Shown here: one piece after another, positions 36,891 through 45,887 of the stretch | How positions within the stretch are numbered: the stretch's first letter is position 1 | How the letters are laid out: every line of letters begins with the position of its first letter | Translations under genes and position numbers: made by a program | Assembly (NCBI GenBank): GCA_902489745.1 | Contig: CABUBB010000008.1 | Span: forward strand, 15,987 to 79,986 | DNA length: 64,000 nucleotides | Direction: 5' to 3' | Origin: an uncultured Eubacteriales bacterium | Lineage (GTDB): Bacteria > Bacillota > Clostridia > Oscillospirales > Ruminococcaceae | Notes under the pieces: generated by a model | Database searches by the model: none | What the model was told of the DNA's origin: nothing | What the model saw: only the letters and a program-made list of their open reading frames with translations

Positions 36891-38330
36891 TTAATACTGG
36901 CGGCCCCAGTAGACCATGTGTTTGGCAGGCTTGCCGCAACAGACGCAGGTATCGGAAATGTGCTCTTCTTCAAACGGGATGCAACGGGATTTGACGCCGC
37001 CGGTGATATCCTTGAGCTTGTCTTCGCATTCGGCGTCACCGCACCACATGGCTTTGATAAAGCCCGGATGGTTTTTGGCAATGTCGAGGAACTCATCGTA
37101 ACTATGCGCGGTAAAGGTTTTTTCCTTGAGGTTTGCGAGTGCCTTTTCGTACAGGCCGTCGTGCACCGCCTGAAGCGCCTTCGGAATTTCGGTCATGAGA
37201 TCGTCAAGTCCCACGACAATTTTCTCCCGGTTGTCCCGGCGGACAAGAACGCACTGGTTCTGTTCAATGTCCTTCGGGCCAATTTCAAGGCGAAGGGGTA
37301 CCCCTTTCATTTCATACTGGCTGAATTTCCAGCCAGGGGTGTTGTCGCTGTCATCGAGCTTGACGCGGAATGTCTCGGAAAGTTTATCCGCGACCTCACG
37401 CGCTTTGTCAAGCACGCCTTCTTTGTGCTGGGCAATCGGGATAACGGCAACCTGAACCGGGGCAATTTTCGGCGGGAGAATAAGGCCGCTGTCGTCGCCG
37501 TGCACCATGATGATAGCACCGATCATACGGGTGGAAACGCCCCAGGAGGTTTGATGCGGATACTGAAGGGTGTTGTCCCGTCCGGTAAAGGTGATGCCAA
37601 AGCTCTTGGCAAAACCGTCGCCAAAATAATGGGAAGTACCGCCCTGAAGGGCGACGCCGTTGTGCATCATCGGCTCAATGGTATAGGTGGAAACCGCACC
37701 GGCAAACTTCTCTTTCTCGGTTTTTTTACCCATGACAACCGGAATTGCAAGGGATTCACGATAAAAATCCGCATAGACGTTCAGCATGCGGAGGGTTTCT
37801 GCCTCTGCCTCCTCAGCAGTCTCGTGCATGGTGTGACCCTCCTGCCAGAGAAACTCAGAATTGCGGAGAAACGGGCGGGTAGTTTTTTCCCAACGCATGA
37901 CCGAGCACCACTGGTTGTAGAGCTTGGGCAGATCGCGGTAAGAGTTGATGACCTTTGCATAATGCTCACAGAAGAGCACCTCCGAGGTTGGGCGAACGCA
38001 GAGACGTTCGGTCAGCTTTTCACTGCCGCCCTGGGTAACCCACATAACCTCCGGCGCAAAGCCGTTGACATGATCCTTCTCTTTCTGAAGAAGGCTTTCC
38101 GGGATCAGCATAGGCATATAGACGTTTTCGTGCCCGGTTTTTTTAAAGCGGGCATCCAAATCCTTCTGAATGTTTTCCCAAATGGCGTATCCATAGGGGC
38201 GGAACACCATGCAACCTTTTACCGAAGAGTAGTCAATCATCTCGGCTTTTTTGACCACGTCGGTATACCACTGGGCGAAATCTTCCTCCATTGAGGTGAT
38301 GGCTTCCACCATCTTTTTTTGCTGTGCCAT
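36891..38330 (-). CDS. proS: Prolyl-tRNA synthetase (479-aa short form without the bacterial INS editing domain)
   Basis: The sequence is class II ProRS, with a C-terminal Zn-type motif [22 protein letters not shown]. Confidence 0.9.
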   Translation of the reverse strand: MAQQKKMVEAITSMEEDFAQWYTDVVKKAEMIDYSSVKGCMVFRPYGYAIWENIQKDLDARFKKTGHENVYMPMLIPESLLQKEKDHVNGFAPEVMWVTQGGSEKLTERLCVRPTSEVLFCEHYAKVINSYRDLPKLYNQWCSVMRWEKTTRPFLRNSEFLWQEGHTMHETAEEAEAETLRMLNVYADFYRESLAIPVVMGKKTEKEKFAGAVSTYTIEPMMHNGVALQGGTSHYFGDGFAKSFGITFTGRDNTLQYPHQTSWGVSTRMIGAIIMVHGDDSGLILPPKIAPVQVAVIPIAQHKEGVLDKAREVADKLSETFRVKLDDSDNTPGWKFSQYEMKGVPLRLEIGPKDIEQNQCVLVRRDNREKIVVGLDDLMTEIPKALQAVHDGLYEKALANLKEKTFTAHSYDEFLDIAKNHPGFIKAMWCGDAECEDKLKDITGGVKSRCIPFEEEHISDTCVCCGKPAKHMVYWGRQY

Positions 38331-38501
38331 TTTCTTTTTCTATCCTTTCAAACGGGGCAGAACCCGCTTCATACTGATCAACGGTTCCATAAGCGGCCAT
38401 TGACGCACCAGCAACAAACGCCGGTACAGCACACGGACGGTACTGCCGTTTCTTCAAACACTGCCCCCGCCTGTAAAGCGGGGACTTTTTGCCTGAATTC
38501 T

Positions 38502-38530
38502 ATTTTAGCATGGGGGGCAGAATTTGACAA
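38502..38530 (-). promoter_or_regulatory. proS promoter
   Basis: On the minus strand it reads TTGTCA, a 17-nt spacer, then TGCTAAAAT (extended -10). The implied leader is about 165 nt. Confidence 0.55.
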
Positions 38531-38658
38531 GGGGGGTGAAAGCCCGGGCTTTGTCCTTCACAGCGGCAGTGGGTGGAACGCCGCTTCGCGTTACCGCTGG
38601 TATTCGAGTTTAAACGTGTGCTTATCATACATCTCCGTTCAACGCATATTAAAAAGCA

Positions 38659-39249
38659 TTATCCACCGTGAGGCTCTACATAACCGTGTTTTGTATAAAC
38701 CAATGTAAAATCGATATAATTGTTCCAGTCAGAAGAATACCGGCTTCTTTCAAGTTCTTCCCAAGTATAGGAGTTTTCGTCAATCAAAATATAGTGCAGC
38801 GTTCCAACATTAACTGCGCCGTTTTTCGAAATGTCAAAATACCGCACAAGATATTTGTATTCTCGGGTATATTCCTGACCACTTTCAAATGAATAAAGCA
38901 GGTAGTGCTCGCCGTCATACGTCAAATCCTGTAAGAAGCCATCCGAACCACCATTGGTATAAAACGCCAACCGGACAAACGCAGGTTCTCCGCGGCTGGT
39001 TTTTTCGATGAATGCGTCCCAAACCTCCTGGCCGGAGACAAGATCATACTGCTTGTGCACAACGCAGCCGTCCTGCTTTGCCTGTTCGAACGAATAATCT
39101 TTCGGGAGTTCAGCATAGGGCAGCATGCCGTCCGGAAGCGCAATGCTGTCCGGAAGGGAATTGCTGGCGCCGGCATCTCCATAAGTTCCGGTGGAACAGG
39201 AGGTGAGCAAAAGGGCCATCAGCACGAATAGGACAGCAAACCGTTTCAT
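38659..39249 (-). CDS. Lipoprotein, possibly DUF4362-like
   Basis: It has a signal peptide with the lipobox LLTSC (MKRFAVLFVLMALLLTSCS). An AGGGGAG RBS precedes the ATG at 39249. Confidence 0.6.
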   Translation of the reverse strand: MKRFAVLFVLMALLLTSCSTGTYGDAGASNSLPDSIALPDGMLPYAELPKDYSFEQAKQDGCVVHKQYDLVSGQEVWDAFIEKTSRGEPAFVRLAFYTNGGSDGFLQDLTYDGEHYLLYSFESGQEYTREYKYLVRYFDISKNGAVNVGTLHYILIDENSYTWEELERSRYSSDWNNYIDFTLVYTKHGYVEPHGG

Positions 39250-39390
39250 AACCAACACTCCCCTTAACATAAATTCACCTTCATTATAACATCGGGTCTG
39301 AGCGAAGAGAAGCCTGCCGGGACAGACACTTGTCGAATTCATCCTTTTGGCTAAACCAATTGCTTACTTCTTGGGGAGTTTGCCATATAT

Positions 39391-39429
39391 GTTCGAAAAA
39401 ATCAAAAAGCCCCCACCGAAGCGGAGGCT
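39391..39429 (-). terminator. Terminator after the NifX-like gene
   Basis: On the minus strand gcctccgc-ttcg-gtgggggc forms a hairpin with a UUCG loop, followed by TTTTTGATTTTTT. Confidence 0.65.
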
Positions 39430-39442
39430 TTTGACCTAAAAC

Positions 39443-39826
39443 TTATTCGTGGTGATGGCCGCAGGTGTGGCCATGTTCATGACCTTCCCCGTGGTGGTGG
39501 CTACACTGCACGTTAGGATTATGCTGAAGCGCGCCGGAGAGGTAATCCGCTACAGCGGTCTCGATATCACCGGAAGCGCCTGCAACAAGCTCAATGCCGG
39601 CCGACTGGAGTGCCGCCTTTGCACCGCCGCCAATACCGCCGCAAATTAACAGCGAAACGCCGTTTTGTTTGAGGATAACCGCAAGAGCCTCGTGACCGCT
39701 CATGGAAGTATCCAGATCAGAACGTGCGACAACCTTGCCTTCCTCAACGGTAAAGAGTTTAAAAATTTTTGTGTGGCCGAAATGCTGGAATACCTGGTTC
39801 CCTTCGGCTGTGACTGCAATAACCAT
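39443..39826 (-). CDS. NifB/NifX-family (dinitrogenase FeMo-cofactor-binding fold) protein with a His-rich C-terminal tail
   Basis: It carries QHFGHTKIFKLF and LICGGIGGGA motifs. The tail reads CSHHHGEGHEHGHTCGHHHE. Confidence 0.7.
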   Translation of the reverse strand: MVIAVTAEGNQVFQHFGHTKIFKLFTVEEGKVVARSDLDTSMSGHEALAVILKQNGVSLLICGGIGGGAKAALQSAGIELVAGASGDIETAVADYLSGALQHNPNVQCSHHHGEGHEHGHTCGHHHE

Positions 39827-39917
39827 TTGCTTTTCCTCCCAAAGGCGAGGACCTGTTGAAGTCCCTGCAAATAAAATGTTTAAACCTCTTCACGGCAAAA
39901 GCCGGAATGCGCCAAGT

Positions 39918-40748
39918 TTACAGCGTTTCAATCAAGTCGGCGGCACCGTCGAGCCAATCGCCCTCAAACAATTCGATGACACCCTGATCCGCTGCCTGCG
40001 CGACTGCCGGGGAAACCGGGAGCTTGGCAAGAACCTTAATACCATAGCGAGAGGTGATTTCATCGATGTGGCTCTGACCGAACAGTTCAATTTTTTTGCC
40101 GCAGTCCGGGCATTCCACATAGCTGAGGTTCTCAACAACGCCAAGGATCGGGATGTTCATCATATTCGCCATGTTGACCGCTTTTTCCACAATCATCGAG
40201 ACGAGTTCCTGCGGAGAAGCGACAACAATGATACCGTCAAGCGGGAGAGACTGGAAAACGGTGAGCGGCACGTCGCCGGTTCCCGGAGGCATATCGACAA
40301 ACATATAATCAACGTCCTGCCAGACCACGTCGGTCCAGAACTGCTGAACCACTCCCGCAAGGATCGGTCCGCGCCAGATGACCGGGTCGGTGTCATTTTC
40401 CAGCAGGAGGTTGACCGACATAATATCAATGCCGGTTTTGCTCTTGGCCGGGACAATGCCCCATTCGTTCGACATGGCTTTTTCCTTAATACCGAACGCT
40501 TTCGGAATTGACGGGCCGGTGATGTCTGCGTCAAAGACAGCACTGTGGTGGCCGCGGCGGTTCATCAGAACCGCAAGCATGGAAGTGACCATGGATTTCC
40601 CGACGCCGCCTTTGCCGCTGACAACACCAATGACCTTTTTGACGGAACTCATTTCATTGAGGGAGAGCAGCATGCTCTCCTGTTCCCGCTCGCTGCAGTT
40701 CTGGCTACAGGAGCCACAATCGTGATTACAGGCTTCGCTCATTTTCAT
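39918..40748 (-). CDS. Mrp/NBP35/ApbC-family P-loop ATPase (Fe-S cluster carrier-like) with an N-terminal Cys4 extension
   Basis: It has a deviant Walker A (GKGGVGKS), a CPDCG motif, and an N-terminal CNHDCGSCSQNC. Its start overlaps the DUF134 stop in an ATGA junction. Confidence 0.8.
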   Translation of the reverse strand: MKMSEACNHDCGSCSQNCSEREQESMLLSLNEMSSVKKVIGVVSGKGGVGKSMVTSMLAVLMNRRGHHSAVFDADITGPSIPKAFGIKEKAMSNEWGIVPAKSKTGIDIMSVNLLLENDTDPVIWRGPILAGVVQQFWTDVVWQDVDYMFVDMPPGTGDVPLTVFQSLPLDGIIVVASPQELVSMIVEKAVNMANMMNIPILGVVENLSYVECPDCGKKIELFGQSHIDEITSRYGIKVLAKLPVSPAVAQAADQGVIELFEGDWLDGAADLIETL

Positions 40749-41092
40749 TTCTCCTCTTTGTTTTCAAACCGGCAGTGAGCGCAGGATTCCCTCTGCGCAC
40801 AGGGGCGGTCTGTAATTTCGTAATTTCCGCCCTGAATGGACAGGGCCTTTCCCAATACAATGGCTTCCGCTGTATGCCGGCGGGCCGAATACAGCACCCG
40901 CTGCAGCGTCCCGCGTGAAACATTCATCCGCCCGGCGGCCTCTGCCTGATCCATCCCCTCCAGATCACAAAGGCGCAGAGCTTCCAGTTCTTCCACGCTC
41001 ATAACGATGGCCTGCCCTTCCCCGTGCTCCGGAGAAAAGCGGCGGCAGCCTGGCTCGGCGCAGACGCGCCTGCATTTTGCGCCTCTTGGCAT
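40745..41092 (-). CDS. DUF134 (UPF0251) putative DNA-binding protein
   Basis: It has the N-terminus MPRGAKCRRV and a sigma-70 region-4-like HTH (EELEALRLCDLEGMDQAEAAGRMNVSRGTLQRVL). An AGGAAG RBS precedes the ATG at 41092. Confidence 0.7.
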   Translation of the reverse strand: MPRGAKCRRVCAEPGCRRFSPEHGEGQAIVMSVEELEALRLCDLEGMDQAEAAGRMNVSRGTLQRVLYSARRHTAEAIVLGKALSIQGGNYEITDRPCAQRESCAHCRFENKEEK

Positions 41093-41140
41093 CTGATACA
41101 CTTCCTTTCGGACGACCGCCATCCGTTTTGGTTCCCTTTT

Positions 41141-41169
41141 ATTATAATGTGCATATGCACATTTGTCAA
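41141..41169 (-). promoter_or_regulatory. Consensus sigma-70 promoter of the DUF134 operon with a palindromic spacer
   Basis: On the minus strand it reads TTGACA, a 17-nt spacer, then TATAAT. An 18-bp perfect palindrome, AATGTGCATATGCACATT (41146-41163), spans the whole 17-nt spacer plus the last base of the -10. Confidence 0.7.
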
Positions 41170-41185
41170 CTCGTTCACATCACAG

Positions 41186-42376
41186 TTACGAATATGCAGT
41201 AAACCCGAGTTGTTTTAGTCCAAAACCAACATTTGGAAGCAACAATTTGTCCTGAATTGTATTCATGAATCCGTCAATTTTGCCGAGCATCTCCTCTACA
41301 AAATCCTCTTTGGAACCGTTTGAACCATTTCCACTTCTGAGCGAAAAGGAATCCAACTCCAACTGCATGGAGGATGAAACCGCCGATTTTTTCACCTCAG
41401 CCACCCCAGTGGCGTACCGGTTCGTATAAGCCAATTGGCACATGCCGTCATTTCCAAACGTCACAGATAAATATTCCTCTGCCTGAGCGCCTTCATACCG
41501 GAAAGTAATATCCCTCATATCCTCCCAGCACCATATATAATACAGCCCGTCTTGGTTGTTATGCTTCAGCATTTGGTAGCCGTGAATATCGTCTGGAGGA
41601 ATCTGCGTGACCACCCATGCGCTGAGAGAATAATACGGCTGCGATGGATCTGGATGGCCGCAATAATCGCAGAGATATTTCCCATAATCATGTCTGGGGG
41701 CGGTATAAGCGTCTGTATAGTGATACCCGCACTTGGAACAGGTATGCACCGTATACCCTTGTTTTGTGCAGGAGGGCCTAACTGTTTCCGCAATAAACGT
41801 ATGAGAGCAACCCTGCGGCTGTGACGGGGAATCGGCTTGAGACTGCGGCTGCGTACCGGACTGCGGTGAAATCTGCTGTTCCGGTTGCTGCTCAGACTGG
41901 GAAAAGGCCGCTTCACCCTCTTCGCCGAAGGAGGCGCTTTCACTGCTGGGTGCTTCCGGAAGCGGTTGCGTTTCCTGCGGCGCGGAGAACTCTCTCATGA
42001 TACTTTTTGGCAAAAGGTTCGCAGACCCGCCGTCACTTCCACTGACTGCAACGGTTTGATTCTGTATAAGCGCAACCGCAAGGACAACCCCTGCGAGAAA
42101 CAAAACAGCCAGGCACCCGGATACAACCGCTGTTCTTTTTTTACTGAAAAAACGCCCATGCCCAGCCAGTTTCCGATCCGCCTGTGCCTGCAAGGCACTT
42201 GCCAACGTTTCCGGCGCTGCATCTAGTGCATCTGCCAAAGGCGACAACTGACTTTCCGGAATAGTGGCACCGGACTCCCATTCGGAAAGCTCCTTAACGG
42301 TTATACCAAGTTTTTCTGCCAGAACAGGCCGCGATAAATGTTTTTTACGACGTAATTTTGCAAGCTGCTTCATCAT
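41186..42376 (-). CDS. Membrane-anchored XRE-family HTH protein with an extracytoplasmic Cys-rich domain
   Basis: It has an N-terminal HTH (LSRPVLAEKLGITVKELSEWESG), one TM segment (AVVSGCLAVLFLAGVVLAVALI), an S/Q/P-rich linker, and then CSH..C..C..CSKCG..CDYCG. Confidence 0.6.
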   Translation of the reverse strand: MMKQLAKLRRKKHLSRPVLAEKLGITVKELSEWESGATIPESQLSPLADALDAAPETLASALQAQADRKLAGHGRFFSKKRTAVVSGCLAVLFLAGVVLAVALIQNQTVAVSGSDGGSANLLPKSIMREFSAPQETQPLPEAPSSESASFGEEGEAAFSQSEQQPEQQISPQSGTQPQSQADSPSQPQGCSHTFIAETVRPSCTKQGYTVHTCSKCGYHYTDAYTAPRHDYGKYLCDYCGHPDPSQPYYSLSAWVVTQIPPDDIHGYQMLKHNNQDGLYYIWCWEDMRDITFRYEGAQAEEYLSVTFGNDGMCQLAYTNRYATGVAEVKKSAVSSSMQLELDSFSLRSGNGSNGSKEDFVEEMLGKIDGFMNTIQDKLLLPNVGFGLKQLGFTAYS

Positions 42377-42444
42377 TGTTTGCCCCCTGTTTCATACGCA
42401 CAAGACGCCTGTCCTTTCTGGGCGGCCCGTACAGTATAGTATGG

Positions 42445-42477
42445 CAAAAGCGGCCAAAAGAGCACTCTTTTGACCGC
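42445..42477 (-). terminator. Terminator after acpP
   Basis: On the minus strand gcggtcaaaaga-gtgc-tcttttggccgc is followed by TTTTGCC. Confidence 0.6.
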
Positions 42478-42518
42478 CTCCATTGTTATTCATCTGTAAC
42501 CGATAAACTTGTGTGTGA

Positions 42519-42746
42519 TTACGCGTTGTCTTCAATGTATTTCACGATATCGCCAACGGTTTTGATGTTTTCAACCTGATCGTCCGGGATTTCAACATCA
42601 AACTCCTCTTCAAGGGACATTACCAGATCGACGAAATCGAGGGAGTCAGCACCCAAATCTTCGGTGACAGAAGCCTCCATTGTAACCTTTTCCTCTTCGA
42701 CATCCAACTGGTCAACCAAAATGTCTCTTACTTTTTCGAATACCAT
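42519..42746 (-). CDS. acpP: Acyl carrier protein
   Basis: It carries the phosphopantetheine attachment motif LGADSLD. The start was set at MVFEKV because a GAGGAGG RBS precedes it. Confidence 0.9.
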   Translation of the reverse strand: MVFEKVRDILVDQLDVEEEKVTMEASVTEDLGADSLDFVDLVMSLEEEFDVEIPDDQVENIKTVGDIVKYIEDNA

Positions 42747-42809
42747 GATAATCCTCCTCAAATTGTTTCAAAGCGTACCAAACGAGCCTATCAACATCAT
42801 GGCTCTTAT

Positions 42810-43613
42810 TTACTCTGAATATACGCCAATTTTTCTGAATTTATTATAGCGGCTATCCAGTAAAATATCAATATCTATTTTGGACAATTTTTCTAATGTT
42901 TCTGACAGATATTGTGAAATGTGTTCGGCGGTCTCCACCGGATCGGTATGAGCGTCTCCGTTCGCCTCAGGGATAATCGCCTCGGCAACTCCAAAACCGA
43001 CCAAGTCCTCCGCGGTTATTTTGAGCACTTCGGCCGCTTCTTTTTCACGGGAAGCGTCTTTCCAAAGGATGCTGGCACAACCGCGCGGCGAGATAACCGA
43101 ATACAGGGCGTTTTCCAGCATGGCGAGCTCGTCGCAGACGCCAAGCGCCAGCGCGCCGCCGCTCCCGCCCTCACCGAGGACAATAGAAATAATAGGGGTT
43201 TTCAAACCGATAAACTCAAACATATTTCGTGCAATGGCCTCACCCTGTCCCCGCTCCTCCGCAGCGATGCCGCAGAAAGCGCCGGGGGTGTCAATAAAAC
43301 AGACGATAGGCCGGCGGAACTTTTCTGCCTGCCGGGCAAGGCGCAGCGCCTTGCGGTATCCTTCCGGATGCGGCATGGCAAAGTTGCAGTTCTTGTTCTC
43401 GTTAATGTTGCGGCCTTTGACCTGGGCGATGACGGTGACCGGGGTACCGTGGAAACTCGCCACACCGCCGGTGATAGCGGCGTCGTCCCCATACAGGCGG
43501 TCGCCGTGCATTTCAAAATACTCTTCAAACAGGAGCGGGATATAATCGTTGATGGTGGGGCGCTCTTTGTTGCGGATAACCTCCATGCGCTCCCATGCAG
43601 TTCTGCTGTTCAT
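42810..43613 (-). CDS. accA: Acetyl-CoA carboxylase carboxyltransferase alpha subunit (short N-terminus)
   Basis: The sequence is AccA-like (FIDTPGAFCG, GEGGSGGALA). Confidence 0.9.
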   Translation of the reverse strand: MNSRTAWERMEVIRNKERPTINDYIPLLFEEYFEMHGDRLYGDDAAITGGVASFHGTPVTVIAQVKGRNINENKNCNFAMPHPEGYRKALRLARQAEKFRRPIVCFIDTPGAFCGIAAEERGQGEAIARNMFEFIGLKTPIISIVLGEGGSGGALALGVCDELAMLENALYSVISPRGCASILWKDASREKEAAEVLKITAEDLVGFGVAEAIIPEANGDAHTDPVETAEHISQYLSETLEKLSKIDIDILLDSRYNKFRKIGVYSE

Positions 43614-44473
43614 TACGCACCCTCCTTTGTGTGAAGCCGGATGAGGTGGGACAGGGTGCGGCGCATCTTATCGCGGCCGACAATCATATCGGCAAAACCG
43701 TGCTGCAACAGAAATTCGGCGGATTGAAAATCGTCCGGAAGATGCTGCTTGATGGTGCTTTCAATGACGCGGCGGCCGGCAAAACCGACCAGAACCTTCG
43801 GCTCCGCGATGATGACGTCTCCGAGTGATGCAAACGAGGCGGTGACACCGCCGGTAGTCGGATCGGTGAGAACGGTGATATACAGCAAGCCCTTTTTACT
43901 GTGGCGGGCGGCTGCGGCAGAGGTTTTCGCCATCTGCATCAGCGAAATGATGCCCTCCTGCATGCGGGCGCCGCCGCTCGCGGCAAAAATAATGACCGGG
44001 AGCTTTTTCTCAGTGGCGCGTTCAAAGGCACGGGTGATTTTTTCGCCGACAACCGAACCCATGGAAGCCATCATAAAACGGGAATCCATAATGGCAATGA
44101 CGGTACGGTTTCCGCGGATGGTGCATTCCCCGGTAATAACAGCGTCCTTGAGCCCGGTAGATTTGCGCAGAGCCTCTGCCTTTTCCGCATAATCGGCAAA
44201 CTCCAGCGGATTTTGGCTGATCATATCCGGGTCGTATTCAATAAAACTATCCTTATCCACCGTGATAGCAAGCCGTTCCGGCGCCGTCAGGCGGGCGTGG
44301 TAGCCGCAGGCCTCACAGACCTTGTGAGCCTCCTCAAACGCTTCGGCAAAGGCAACCTTGCCGCAGCGGGGACATTTGAACAGCAGGTTGGACGGGATGT
44401 TCACCTTGCTACTGGGCTGCCTGGGTTCCTGGGCGGAACGCGTTTTGACGATTTTAAACAAGTCTTCTAACAA
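43613..44473 (-). CDS. accD: Acetyl-CoA carboxylase carboxyltransferase beta subunit
   Basis: It has an N-terminal Zn-ribbon (CPRCGK..CEACG) and a CT-beta domain. Confidence 0.9.
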   Translation of the reverse strand: MLEDLFKIVKTRSAQEPRQPSSKVNIPSNLLFKCPRCGKVAFAEAFEEAHKVCEACGYHARLTAPERLAITVDKDSFIEYDPDMISQNPLEFADYAEKAEALRKSTGLKDAVITGECTIRGNRTVIAIMDSRFMMASMGSVVGEKITRAFERATEKKLPVIIFAASGGARMQEGIISLMQMAKTSAAAARHSKKGLLYITVLTDPTTGGVTASFASLGDVIIAEPKVLVGFAGRRVIESTIKQHLPDDFQSAEFLLQHGFADMIVGRDKMRRTLSHLIRLHTKEGA

Positions 44474-44491
44474 AGCGGTGCCACCTCATTC

Positions 44492-45838
44492 CTATTTCAT
44501 CACGTCTTTGCGGTTTAAAAAGCCAATGTCATAATTTGCGGACTCAAAATCCGGGTCGCGAATAAGCGAAAGCTGGAAGTCGATGTTGGTGTCAACCCCC
44601 TCGACCAGAAATTCCGCGAGCGCCCATTTCATTTTGGCGATTGCCTGCTCCCGGTCGGGCGCATAGGCGATAAGCTTTGCAATCATATTATCATAATACG
44701 GAGTGATTTCATACCCCTGGTAAACCGCACTGTCAATCCGCACACCGGGGCCGCCCGGAAGATGGAGGGCGGTGATCCGGCCCGGAGAGGGACGGAAATT
44801 GAATTTTGGGTTTTCCGCATTGATCCGGCACTCAATGGCGTGGCCGGTGAGTTTGACGTCCTTTTGCTCAAAAGGAAGCTCTTCTCCGCCCGCAATGAGA
44901 ATTTGCTGCTTGACCAGGTCGATACCGGTCACCAGCTCAGTGATGGGGTGCTCAACCTGAATGCGGGTGTTCATCTCCATAAAATAAAAGTTGCGGTTGG
45001 CGTCCACCAGGAATTCAACGGTGCCGGCGTTCCAGTAACCGCAGGCTTCCGCTGCTTTGACCGCGGCTTCGCCCATGCGGGCGCGGAGCTCCTCGGTCAT
45101 AAAGGGGCTCGGCGCTTCCTCCAGCACCTTCTGGTTGCGCCGCTGGAGCGAGCAGTCCCGCTCGCCCAAATGAACAACATTGCCGTGCTGATCGGCCAAA
45201 ATTTGAATTTCAATGTGGCGGGGGTTGACGATGAACTTTTCAATGTAAATTTCATCGCTGCCAAAAAACTGGAGCGCCTCCTGCTGCGCGGCGGTGACGG
45301 CGTTTTCCAGCTCGGAATCATCTCGGACCATGCGAATGCCGCGTCCGCCGCCGCCCGCTGAGGCTTTGACCATGACGGGGTAACCAATGGCGTCGGCAAT
45401 ATCAAACGCCTCTTTCATGGTTTTAACCACGCCATCCGAACCTGGGACGACCGGGACACCAGCTTTTTTCATGGTATCCTTGGCGCGGGCCTTATCCCCC
45501 ATAAGTTCAATGGATTCCGCGTTGGGGCCGATAAAAGCGACTCCGCACCGTTTGCAGGTGTTGGCAAAAGTAGCGTTTTCGGACAGGAAGCCGAAGCCGG
45601 GATGAATGGCATCTGCTCCGGTGATTTCGCAGGCGGCAAGCAGCGCGCCGACGTTTAAGTAGCTGTCTTTGGTCGCCGCCGGGCCAATGCAGACGGATTC
45701 ATCCGCAATTTGGGCGTGAAGGGCGCCGCGGTCTGCCTCGGAAAAAACGGCAACGGTCTGAATGCCGAGCTCCCGGCAGGCCCTGATGATGCGCACCGCA
45801 ATTTCGCCGCGGTTTGCAATCAATACCTTGGTAAGCAT
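44492..45838 (-). CDS. accC: Biotin carboxylase
   Basis: It has the N-terminus KVLIANRGEIAVRIIRA and an ATP-grasp domain. Confidence 0.95.
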   Translation of the reverse strand: MLTKVLIANRGEIAVRIIRACRELGIQTVAVFSEADRGALHAQIADESVCIGPAATKDSYLNVGALLAACEITGADAIHPGFGFLSENATFANTCKRCGVAFIGPNAESIELMGDKARAKDTMKKAGVPVVPGSDGVVKTMKEAFDIADAIGYPVMVKASAGGGGRGIRMVRDDSELENAVTAAQQEALQFFGSDEIYIEKFIVNPRHIEIQILADQHGNVVHLGERDCSLQRRNQKVLEEAPSPFMTEELRARMGEAAVKAAEACGYWNAGTVEFLVDANRNFYFMEMNTRIQVEHPITELVTGIDLVKQQILIAGGEELPFEQKDVKLTGHAIECRINAENPKFNFRPSPGRITALHLPGGPGVRIDSAVYQGYEITPYYDNMIAKLIAYAPDREQAIAKMKWALAEFLVEGVDTNIDFQLSLIRDPDFESANYDIGFLNRKDVMK

Positions 45839-45887
45839 AAGGAACTATCCCTTTCGTCTGTATGGGTTTACACGGCCTTACGCCGTG

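Noticed and set aside
38331-38530. A T-box leader upstream of proS, as found in many Firmicutes.
   Set aside because: A good promoter and a leader of about 165 nt with hairpins exist. However, the invariant GGGTGGTACC T-box core and an AGAGA stem I motif are absent, and the leader is short for a T-box. It remains an unclassified leader.
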